A DNA stretch of 64,000 nucleotides from Eledone cirrhosa (taxonomy: Eukaryota): assembly GCA_964016885.1 (NCBI GenBank), contig OZ024742.1, positions 337,714,001 through 337,778,000 on the forward strand, written 5' to 3'. Numbering within the stretch: position 1 is the first letter of the stretch; each line of letters starts with the position of its first letter. Made by a program: the position numbers and the translations under genes. Of this stretch, positions 37,579 through 48,865 are shown piece after piece. Under the pieces are notes generated by a model. It worked only from the letters and a program-made list of their open reading frames with translations, did no database searches and had not been told where the DNA came from.

Positions 37579-38135
37579 TGGTGGCTGCCAACTCGTTTTC
37601 GAGTACGGCCACTACTTTATATCCATGTAGGAGAACCCCTACCGATGCACTGAACGAATGTGACTTTTTAGTCCAGCCAGCGACTTGAAAACTCTGGTAC
37701 AAACACTACACTTGTGACAATTATTGACACATAATGCTAGGCCCATGGTACCATGTGACGACAAGTGCAGAGAGATCTCCAGATATAAAGCAATGCCTGT
37801 GTCGTGAAGCTTTTATAGTGAGCAAAGGCACTGCACAAAGCCAGTCCCACTCTCTTAACCAAGATGATATTTACCAAAAAGAAGAACAAGTCAACATCAT
37901 TGGATGCCATCAGGGTTGCAGGTCTTATATCAGAGTTTTCCTTCTCCTAGAATTCTGCCTTGACAAAGGCTAAGGGGTCATCTCTCCCGGTGATTTTGGA
38001 TGGCCATTAACTTAAGAGCTGCTTTGCCCTTTGACAGGTTTTGTTTTTAGTCCTGCAGGATGTCCAAAGTCACCCTCCTCACCAAGAAACCTTGGTGGGG
38101 TTGCCAGTTTAGTCGCCAACGACCCGACCATGTGA
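37579..38135 (-). mobile_element. Bipartite non-autonomous RTE-derived element (RTE 5'-UTR-like body plus RTE 3' terminus)
   Basis: ctaggagaaggaaaactctg motif; 3' end ggccgtactcgaaaacgagttggcagccacca; near-identical copies at 55333-55830 and 60033-60298. Confidence 0.75.
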
Positions 38136-38875
38136 CCATACATATATCTATGTAAAAGGCAAACAGAAATAACACAATCGGTACAGTATATGGAAGGAAT
38201 ATATTAGGTTAACGCTTGAAATAGCAGGAAGAGGGTCTTAACGTTTCGGACGCTAGTTTATCAGAAGAATGAGAAATAAGATAGATTGAGGGGATGGGCG
38301 GGTTGGAATTGGAAAAAATGTCTTTAGATAAAAATAACAGGTCCATTCATGTTGACATCTCTTGGAAACATACATATATACAGGTATATTCATATATATA
38401 TATACATATATACACACATAAATATGTATGTTTATATACATATATGTATATATACATATATAAATAGTTTTTTCAGGTTTCTACTTTAAAAAATTGTTTT
38501 TCATTTTGCCTTGCTTTCATTTGTTGTCTGTTAATTTTCGCAAGTTTATCATATACTAACAGTGGTACCCGGCGTTGCACGGGATAAGGTATTTTGGAAC
38601 GCGGGCCGCCAACAGACCTAATTGTGGAAAAACTGCATGTAAAGAAAATAAACCGAATACTCTGATGGCTGGATAATCTTTAAGATTTTCCTCGACGAAG
38701 CAGGAAAAATGCAGGTTTTCACCTGATGTGGGCCCTAGTGGATCAAAAAAATGAATTTTTTTTATGTGCATAATATGTCTTGAAATTTTGTGAAAAATCG
38801 GCTAGGCGTAACCCCTCAAAAAAGCCCTAAAAACCTGAAAAAAATGAAGTTTTTCACCTAATGCGGGCCCTAGGC

Positions 38876-41800
38876 CAGTGGTCGCCAACATGGATTCCGT
38901 AAAACAAACTCCGGGTTCCTTAAAAAAATAAATATTTACATTACCATTAATATTTTGGGTTTTCTGAAAAAGGTGCAAAGAAAATGCTAAAGGTGCAATG
39001 TATAAATGAACAAGTACTATTGTAGCGTACACAGGTTCCCCACTCCAATTCGTGGAAAACACTACTTTCAGTTTCTCACTTGAATTAGCAGAAAAACACT
39101 GTTCTGAGATTCGTGGAAATTGAATACTTTCAATTTCACATCAATTCTTGGAAAGACATAGTTTTCTGAATTCCGAGAATTTGACTACTACTGATAATAC
39201 ACTAATTGAACTTAGAAATTGACCAATCACGAACAAGTAAATGTTGGTCGATGACAGCATAACTTTAAACAGAAAACTTCAGTTCAGCGAGGTCTCTCAG
39301 CCAAGAGATAGGGTCAGTTCGCTGTTCTCACAACGTAAGTTCAGTAGAATGTTTTCAATAGAGAACACGTTTTAATCTGCTGCCCTCACAAAAGCTTTAA
39401 AGTCGTCTAAAGTTTCCTCACTGAGTGAACTCGCTTACTAGTCGTTTTCAACATGCATCCAGTTCCACAGACAATTCTAAATAAGAACACGTTACATTCT
39501 GTTGTATTTTGCACAGAAAATATAACGCCTGTAAAGTTTCGACTACTAACAAAGGTAATTTTGTATTCCATGCATACACTATAAACTTTGCCACACAATT
39601 ATGTATTCATTTGATGACATCTGCATTCGCAATTGAGAAATTGCTTTATACAATAAATATATATGTCCACAAACATTTGACTAAACTTTATTTGTTCCAA
39701 TCTAATATATGTTTAACGCAGCCTAAAGCCTTCTTATATTATATCTAACTTTGAGTCAAAATAGATAGAAGATATCTGAATTAATTTCCAATACCATCGT
39801 CACATCTACACTATCAGCTGATTTGCATTTTTTGCACCTTTTAGTATGGCGGATATTTAAATATATTTACATTACCAATAATATTTAATACGACCCTAAA
39901 GTAGTATATGCAGGAAGTGCTGGACTCTGAAAAAGAATTTTTCTAGTTGTTCATAAATTTGCACCTTTTTCAGTAACCCCTAATATTTTAATATTATTAT
40001 AAGACTTTAAATAATATGTTTGCCATCCTAAAATGGAGAAATTTCAATTTTTAAAAATTAAAATTTTTTTTAACTAGTTAAGTTTTTCCAAATATCTAAA
40101 ATTTAAGTACTTTTTGTAATTAAAAAAACTTAATTTCTCTTGTTTATTAATGTCATATTAAAAAATGTTAACTGTAGATAAATAACATTGATATGATGTC
40201 TACTGCAAAGAAGCTGAAGTTAGATACCAGCAGTAAGGTTAGACAGTGGTGTGATGATTATGTTAGATATGGATTTCAAAAAGCTGACACTAAAAAAGAT
40301 ACACCAGATCAGCCCATGTGTTTGCTATGTTCAAAAGTTCTATCAAATAGCTGTTTAAATCCTGCAAAACTTAAAAGACACCTTGATACTAATCACACCA
40401 ATGATAAAAGCAAGTCACTGGAATACTTTACTTCGCTGAAAAACAACATTAAAAAAATCACAAGCTAATATGTATGACTTGTTTTGTAAAAAGTCAGATA
40501 GAAATAAAGCTTTAACAAGAACATCTTTTGAGATTTCACATTTGATTGGTAAAAACAAGAAACCATTTACATTAGGAGAACAGTTAATTCTACCAAGTAT
40601 AAAAATTGCTACAGAGAATCTTTTTGAAAGCTGCAGTATTAAGGACAAAGAAAAATTAAGCCAGTTACCATTGTCAGCAAATACCGTAAAAAGAGGGATA
40701 ATTGATATTTCTTCTGATATTGAAAATCAGATACTAACTGCACTAAAGAAAAGCCCATGTTTTGGACTGCAAGTGGACGAAACTACGGATATTAATAACA
40801 AGGCTCAATTAATTTGCTATGTACGGTTTGTAGACCTTGATAAAAAAGAATTAGTAGAAGAGTATTTGTTTTGTCTGGCATTAGACATCACAACTAAAGG
40901 TCAAGATATATTCAATAAAATTGAAGAGTATTTTTTTTTAAATGGTGTATCTTGGAGCAAGTTGACTTCAATAACAACAGATGGAGCAGCTGCAATGACT
41001 GGTAAAAATTCTGGTTTGATTGCAAAAATTAAAGAACAGACCCCAAATTGTATTTCAAATCATTGTATGATTCATCGAGAGGTTTTGTGTTAAAAAAAAT
41101 TCAAAGACAGAGATGCTCAAATATTAAATGACCAGCTGAAAGACATTGTCAAAATTATCAATTTGATCCATGCAAGAGCAAAAAATTCTAGAATGTTTGA
41201 ATCTATTTGTGAATCTTCTGGAAGTAATTATAATAGATTGTTATTGAACAATGATGTGCGTTGGCTGTCTTTTGGGGATGCTATGAAGAGAGTTTTTGAA
41301 CTGAGAGAAGAAATAATAGTTTTTCTAAAAAAAACAGAATGATGAAAGAGCAGGTGTATTAGAAACCAATGAATGGAATGTGCAACTCGCTTATTTAGTA
41401 GACATTTTTGGTGAACTGAACAAACTAAATAAGTGTCTTCGAGGTAACAATGCAGATATTTTTACTTCAATCAATTTTATTACATATTTTCAATCAAAAT
41501 TAAACATCTTTATAAAAAGAATTGAATCGGACAATTACTTTCAAACCTTGAAATAGAGCTTAAAAAGAGAGAAAATTTTGACTCCAGCAATCTAAAGAAG
41601 ATTATTCTTTCTCATTTAAATGTGCTTTCCACAGGTTTTTCAGATTATTTTGACTTGATGGAAAAAGATATTGTTAGCGGAAATTTATGGATAAAAAACC
41701 CGTTCACCGAGATCGAGCAGTTAGTGTCAGAAAATGACGCTGGAAATTGTAAAAATTTACTACCTGCCCAATGCTTACATCAGTTGATGGATTTGAATTC

Positions 41801-42230
41801 AAACGAAGACCTGAAAGAGATATTCGAAAGCAGAAAGAAAGAACTATGGATCGACTTATTCTTGATTGGGGAGTTTAATGAAATCAGCCAACTTGCATTG
41901 AAGTATTTGACTTTATTCCCATCTCGCTATTTGTGCGAAAAAGGGTTTTCGCAGTTGGTGGAAATCTGCACAAAGAAGAGGAATAAACTGTCAGCAATTG
42001 ACGAGTGTATGAGACTGGCATTAACTAGTGTTGAACCTCGATTTTCTAAACTCACTGATGAGGCGCAGCAGCAGAAAAGCCATTGTGTTCGATTACATAC
42101 ACACGCATGAAACACTAAAATAAATAAATACTTTATTATTTTTTTTGAAAAGTTTTGTATTGTATAGGTTCCGTGAAGAATTAAAAATATTTAGAGGGTT
42201 CCTCGGTTTTAGAAAGGTTGGCGACCACTG
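38876..42230 (+). mobile_element. Full-length Buster-subfamily hAT DNA transposon (3,355 bp)
   Basis: 14-bp TIRs CAGTGGTCGCCAAC / GTTGGCGACCACTG; 8-bp TSD CCCTAGGC (38868-38875, 42231-42238) with central TA. Confidence 0.95.
40193..42110 (+). pseudogene. hAT transposase (BED finger plus DDE domain, TcBuster/ZBED5-like), disrupted by frameshifts and stops
   Basis: CLLC..LKRHLDTNH, LQVDETTD, TDGAAAM, HCMIHRE, VRWLS, YLCEKGFS spread over several frames. Confidence 0.92.
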
Positions 42231-42781
42231 CCCTAGGCCATACAAAAGTTGGATTTTCTTTGCTCACGGTATGAAGAAGAGACTGACTAATACATAGTTA
42301 CAATTTCAAGGAAATCAGTCTGACGTAGCGACTCAAAAAACCCCTAAAAACCTGAAAAAATGCAGTTTTTCTCCTAGGGGATCAAAAGGTTGACACTCCC
42401 TGAAATATAAGTAATACACATGTAAAGTTTGAAAAAAATCGGTTGGGTACTTCTCAAGTTTTAGGGATTCAAACTCACAGACGCACACACACAGACATTC
42501 TCAGGGAAGTGACGTAATGCAGACATACAGACAGATATTATAAGGGCGCGACGTTATATGTATGTATCTATCTAAAAAGAGAAAGACTAAGAATTATAGA
42601 GAGAGATCGCTAAATCGCCTAATGCGGTCCCTAGGGCATTGAAAATTTGAAATGTGCTCAGAACACTCCCTGAAACATAAGTATTACATGTGTAAAGTTT
42701 GAAGACAGTTGGCTGGGTGGTTCTCGAGTTTTAGGGATTCAAACTCACACGCACAGACATCCTCAGTTTTATATATATAGA

Positions 42782-43244
42782 CTAGCAGAAACCACCTGGT
42801 GGGCGGTTTTCTGCTAGCAAATCTAGTGTATATACTGATGTTGAGATTTGGATGAGAAATGGTTTTCGGCACCACATGTTCACCGTCTCTCGGTGTGTCT
42901 TTTATGCATGTATAAATATATATGTTATCTATACGGTGAAATCTTTGAAATAAATATATGTTAAAACGAAAAAGGAGAAAAAGAGATTAGTGACGGAAAT
43001 ATAAACGTTATGATATAACGATGGAAATATATAAACGTTTACGATAAAACGATGGAAATAGAAACGTTTATATATAATGATAAGCCGAAACACTCGTAAA
43101 GCGAAACGTATAAATAAAGATTAATGTAATGAATTTGAAAAGCATAGAGATTTGAAACCGCGTCTATTTGTTTCCTTGGCATTTTTTACAGACGGACAGA
43201 CAGACAAACAAACAGAGAAATGCCCATTATATATTATAAGTAGA
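42782..43244 (-). mobile_element. Second non-autonomous Helitron-like element joined head-to-tail with the first
   Basis: 5' TCTACTTATAATATATAA plus (GTCT)n; 3' hairpin CTAGCAGAAAACC...GGTTTCTGCTAG ending in CTAG. Confidence 0.7.
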
Positions 43245-43511
43245 CTTGGCATGGTGTCAAGTCAGAACCGCCTCGAACTGGTTACTTCTGGCTTGTGCAA
43301 GGTGTCTATAGCAACCAGCGATTCCCTTGGCCTCAGTGACCAAAGTCAGTGGAGAGGGGAAGGTAATGTTTCTATAGCGACAGTGTTTCTCTTGGTAGTA
43401 CCAAAGAGGAGAAAGGAAGGGGAAGGTAATATTTCTGTAGCACCTACATTTGAGTTTTAGGGAAGGACAGACAGACAGACAGACAGACAAACAGAGAAAT
43501 GCCCATATATA
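43245..43511 (-). mobile_element. Third Helitron-like segment; its 5' end runs into the (TA)n LINE target
   Basis: Same atgggcatttctctgtttgtctgtctgtc 5' motif as the second element; terminal hairpin ACTTGGCA-TGG-TGTCAAGT. Confidence 0.5.
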
Positions 43512-43562
43512 TATATATATATATTACACACACAGAAATGTATATATATTTCTGTGTGTGTA

Positions 43563-44893
43563 TCATCATCATCATCATCATCAACGTTTAACGTCCGTGT
43601 TCCACGCTTGCATGGGTTTGGACGGGGGTAGTCCCACTTGAGGCAAGAGTGATTGTCTTGCTCGCATAGGACTGTCTGGCAGGTTTTCTACAGTTGGATG
43701 CCCTTCCTAACACCAACCACATTTACAGTGTGGGTCTGGGAGGTTTTTACCGTGTTGCCTACACGGCCACATTACAGCGTGGACTGTGTGTTTTTTTGTC
43801 GTGACACCTACACGATCTCATTTGTTTCGGCCTCGATGGCGCGGCACCAACATAACTTTACATAGAACGGGGTGGTGTGGATCGGGTGGGGGTGGTGGTA
43901 GTGGGACGGGGTGTATTTTGTTAGAGATGCCTACTGGCTGGAGTAGGTTTTACTATATATTTAGGTAAGGCGGGTCTTCTCTGTTACTGAGTACCGCCAA
44001 AGGTCTCGGTCCAGTGACATTGTCTTGGAGAGGTGTAAGTGTGTGATGTCGGAGTTTATCAGCTCGTCCCAGGTTTTTCTAGGTCTGCCTATTCCGTGAC
44101 TACCGTCTATCTTTATTGCCCTGCACTTTGTTATACAGCTATCGACTTTCATGCGCATCACGTGTCCATACCAACGTAGCCTTCTCTCGAGTAAACAACA
44201 TCTGATCCCTCTTATCTCTAATTTTTTCCTTAGTTCGTTTATGCTTTGCCGTTCACGTATATTACTGTTACACATCCAGCGGAGCATGCAAGCTTCGTTC
44301 CTCTCTAGTCTGCGTATATCCTCTGCACACAATGCCCAGGTCTCACTGCCATGCAGCATTGCTGTTCGTATGCAGGCATCGTACAACCTGCCTTTCATTT
44401 TTAGTGAGAACCCTTTAGCAGCTAATAGTGGTATAAGCTCTCTGAACTTTTTCCAACCAGTTCTGACTCTAGCTACAGTACTTTCAGAGCACCCTCCCCC
44501 ACTGCTGATTTTATCGCCCAGGTAACGGAAGCTGTCCACTATTTCTATAGAACCCTCTGCGCAATTGAAAGAGCTAGTAGTTTGTGGGCACTTGCTGCTA
44601 CTTATTGCACCAGAGCACCGGCCACATGTAAAATCTATGTTCTTAGTTAGCTTACCTGTGATCCCACTACATCTTTTATGCACCCATACTTTGCATTTAG
44701 GACATAAAATGGAGTTTCTACCTACGCCTTTCCTACACACCGAGCACGACCATTTCCCAGAAGGGACCGCCGCCTTGTTTTCTTTCCTACAAACTAGTAC
44801 TTTGGTCTTAGCCAGGTTAATTTTAAGTCCTTTTGACTCTAGGCCGTGCTTCCATGTTTGGAATTTCTTCTCTAGCTCGGCCATTGATTCCGC
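43563..44893 (-). mobile_element. 5'-truncated RTE-clade LINE (RT C-terminus with PHD finger, 3' UTR, (GAT)n tail) with 42-bp TSD
   Basis: ORF 43961-44884 (GLKINLAKTK, FRYLG, RLRWYGHV, GRPRKTW); direct repeat 43512-43553 / 44894-44935. Confidence 0.92.
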
Positions 44894-45051
44894 TATATAT
44901 ATATATTACACACACAGAAATGTATATATATTTCTTAGAATAAAATTATTATTAATGTTTTGCTGTTCATAACAATTGGAATTGAAAAATTACTTTTGAA
45001 ATTATTAGTTATTTTACTAATGCTTAGATATGTAAAAATGAAGCAATGTTT

Positions 45052-45246
45052 CTAATAATTGTTTCTACTTTTGGCACAAAGCCAGCAATTACCCAGTACA
45101 TTACTGGTACTTTATTTTATCGACCCCGTGAGGATGAAAGGCAAAGTTAACCTCGGCGGTATTTGAACTCAGACCGTAAAGGGACGTAACTCCATGCTAT
45201 GAAGCATGGTGTCCGACTCTACAGATTCTGCCAATCCACCGCCCTA
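45052..45246 (-). mobile_element. Meta-domain-like tRNA-SINE
   Basis: Same family as the 11040-11230 and 29888-30070 copies. Confidence 0.75.
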
Positions 45247-45249
45247 ATG

Positions 45250-45520
45250 TCTGTACGTAATGAGGGAGTGAGAGGGGAGAGAAAGAAAGGCAGAGGTGAA
45301 GTGACGCAGTGACTCTCTCCTCCTCCATCTCCCCATTCATCACAGCGATAAAGGGGAGGAATGTTAGTGTGTTACAAAGAGAAAGAGTGAGAGTGAGAGA
45401 AACAGACTGACTAAAAGAGAGGGATAGCTGGAGAGAGAGAGAGATAGCAAACACGCGCGCACGTGTTTCCACTGTCGGACAGACAGACAGAGAAATTGCT
45501 GGTTATATATTATAAGGAGA
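45250..45520 (-). mobile_element. Helitron-like 5' end fragment
   Basis: A|TCTCCTTATAATATATAA...(GTCT)n, resembling the 5' end at 43244. Confidence 0.45.
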
Positions 45521-45524
45521 TATA

Positions 45525-45868
45525 ACAAGCGATGCCTGTGCTTGAAGCTTTTTTAAGTGAGGAACATAGAATGAATTTGCCAAAAAGAAGAACTGGTCTA
45601 CATCATTGGATGCAAATGATGTCGCAGGTTTTATATCAGAGTGACCTTCTCCTAGAGAGATGCCTTAATGAAGACTAGCAGTCTCTTGCTCCACAAAAAA
45701 AAAAACCTGTATTGGATGGCCATTGACTCTCCTGAGTTCCTCTGCCCTTTGACGGGCTTTGTTTTTCATCCCACAGGGTGTCCAAAATCACCCTCCTCAA
45801 CAAGCAAGCTTGGTGGGGTTGCCGGTTTAATCGCCAACAACCTGACCATGCTGAAGAGCAACCTGACA
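45525..45868 (-). mobile_element. Diverged bipartite RTE-derived element
   Basis: Similarity to 37790-38135. Confidence 0.6.
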
Positions 45869-47459
45869 TAAATATATATACATACATATATTTATATATA
45901 CACACAATATGTATGATCCCGATGGAAAACAGGTGACCATTGTTAAAAAAGGTACTGAATAGAAATGACTTCTACAGGACTAGAAATCATTCATTAAAAA
46001 AATGAAATAAAAAAAAAATAAAAACAAAAAAATAAATAAAAAAAAAAATAAAATAAAAAAATAAATAAAAAAAAAAATCGCCTGAAAAACCAAGCAGTTT
46101 CCTTGGAATAGATGGGGGGGGGGGGCATGATTAAAGGGGAGGTATGGAGAAAAGAATGAAGTAATGGAAGGCTAAATGAATTAGGGGAAGCAAGGGTGTA
46201 GAGGAAGGGGGAAAAAACACTTGGGACACCTTGTAAAGTGGTCATGTGTCACAACAAAAAGCACACAGCTCACACTCAAAATGTGGTTGGTGTTTGGAAG
46301 GGCATCTAGTCGTAAAAACCAAGCCAAAACCAGTCCTGTATGAGCAACTCGTGGTCATGAGACCTGGCTTGTTTCACAATGGGGCAACTCATCCAACCCA
46401 TGCTAGCATCGAAAATGGACATTAAACGATGATGATGATATATATATATATATATACATACATATAAAAACAGGAAAACTCATCGGTAAAACAACTAAAT
46501 GCTGTCAAAGACAGTGATGGGCAAAAATGCCTAATGGACCAGAGATCAACGTAGAGACAATCTACAAGGTGGGTGACAGACAGATGAAATATAGAAAAGA
46601 TTGAAAGAAGAGGACAAAGAGAAGTGTGTTGTTGCATAGAAGGGAGTGGGAGAAGGAAAAAAGGCAATGTGTAAGATAAGCTTACACACACACACACATC
46701 TTCACCCTCATCAGCTCTCAAACCAGAAAAATGGTTTTGCACAATTTAACTGAGAGTACCATTTTAAAATGCTGGATCTTGCAACAGAAAAATAAATTTT
46801 TCTGCTGGTATGATGTGTGTGTATGATAAAATAAACAGCACAGATAGAAAGACAAAAGAAATTAATGGGATAGTGGACCTCAAGTTGTGGTGTCTGTCCT
46901 AGAAAAAACAATTTTGTCTCTGATCGAGATGAGGCAAGAGTGTATTTGAATAAATATAAAAATGAGAAAACTCATCGCTAGAACAGCTAAGTGTTGTCAA
47001 AGATAGCAATGTCCAAAAATGCCTCAGAGGACAGAAACCAGCAGCCACTGGTCAATAGAGACATTGTTTTTTCATTTAATGTTATCCCTGAATCAAATTT
47101 TGTATTTCTATCTTCTATTGTTTGTTCTATCCCCTATCTTCTACTCTGGGTTCAACGTGATCCTGTTACAAAATTCTGAAAATAACACTTGATGAAATCG
47201 CCTGGACTTGCATCATAATCAGATGATAGAGCTGGGCCATCGAAATATGGATATTACTTTCACGGAATTTAAATTCTAAAATAAATTTTCCAGTCTGGCT
47301 TTTTGTTGTTGTTTTAATGAATACTTTACTCTGTTCCTGCATCAGCCACTGGATACCACATCTATGATGAATGATTTGCATAACGTTAAGTGCTTTAATT
47401 TATTGCATCATCATTTACAAACCGGAACCACTTATTCTACCCATTAGTAAGCAGCCTAA

Positions 47460-48035
47460 CATATATATACACACACACACATATATATATTATATATACA
47501 TACATATACATATATATATATATATACATATACATATGTATATATATATACATACACATACATATATATATATACATACACATACATATATATATATACA
47601 TACACATACATATATATATATACATACACATATATATATATATACATACACATACATATATATATATACATACACATACATATATATATATATACATACA
47701 CATACATATATATATATACATACACATACATATATATATATACATACACATACATATGTATATATATATATACATACACATATGTATATATATATATATA
47801 CATACACATATATATATATATATTCATACACATATATATATATATTCATACACATATATATATACATACACATATATATATATATTCATACACATATATA
47901 TATATATACATACACATATATATATATATATATTCATACACATATATATATATATTCATACACATATATATATACATACACATATATATATACATACACA
48001 TATATATATACATATATATATATATATACATACAC

Positions 48036-48066
<31 letters not shown>

Positions 48067-48080
48067 CATACACATATATA
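47460..48080. repeat. Compound (TA)n/(TACA)n microsatellite; similar arrays at 48425-48865, 50968-52252, 53933-55332, 55830-56126, 59432-60032 and 60300-60751
   Basis: Directly visible; these arrays produce the many spurious Y/I/H/T ORFs. Confidence 0.97.
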
Positions 48081-48424
48081 TCATCATTTCATCATTTCAT
48101 TTTACGTCCGCTTTTTCCCTGCTTGCAAGGGTGGGACGGGAACTGATTCTGGCTTGATTTCTACAGCTGGATGCCCTTCCTAACACCAACCTCATTTACA
48201 GTGAGTGCTGGGTGCTTTTTTGCCGTGGCACCTCCACGACCACTTTGCAGTGGAATGATAGGGACCCCAGTCCCTATCATCTCATTTCTACAGCTGAGTA
48301 AACTGGAGCAATGTGAAATAAAGTGTCTTGCTCAAGGAAACAACACATCACCCGGTCTGAGAATTGAACTCACAACCTTTCGATTGCAAGGCCAATGCTC
48401 TAACCACTAAGCCATGTGCCTCCA
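48081..48424 (-). mobile_element. CORE-type tRNA-SINE, full length
   Basis: A/B boxes, CORE-like body and LINE tail; embedded in (TA)n. Confidence 0.87.
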
Positions 48425-48511
48425 CATATACATATATATATATATATACATACATACACATATATATATACATACACATATATATATACATATATATATA
48501 TATATACATAC

Positions 48512-48546
<35 letters not shown>

Positions 48547-48865
48547 CATACACATATATATATATATATACATACACATATATATATATATATATATACA
48601 TACACATATATATATATATACATACACATATATATATATATACATACACATATATATATATATACATACACATATATATATATATACATACACATATATA
48701 TATATATATACATACATACATATATATATATACATACACATATATATATATATATACATACATACATATATATATATACATACATACATATATATATATA
48801 CATACACACATATATATATATATACATACATACATATATATATATACATACACATATATATATAT

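Larger units (their letters stand above)
38556..42781 (-). mobile_element. Non-autonomous Helitron, interrupted by the hAT element
   Basis: 5' TCTATATATATAAAA at 42781; 3' hairpin CCCGTGCAACGCCGGG followed by TTAG|T at 38556. Confidence 0.78.

Noticed and set aside
46690-46740. CTGATGA GGG on the minus strand as a hammerhead
   Set aside because: No matching CCC-GAAA or closing stems
46960-47455. Unique-looking stretch that might be an exon or a piggyBac transposase relic (PYFDGP...SPGDF on the minus strand)
   Set aside because: Short frames with stops and no diagnostic motif or splice pair
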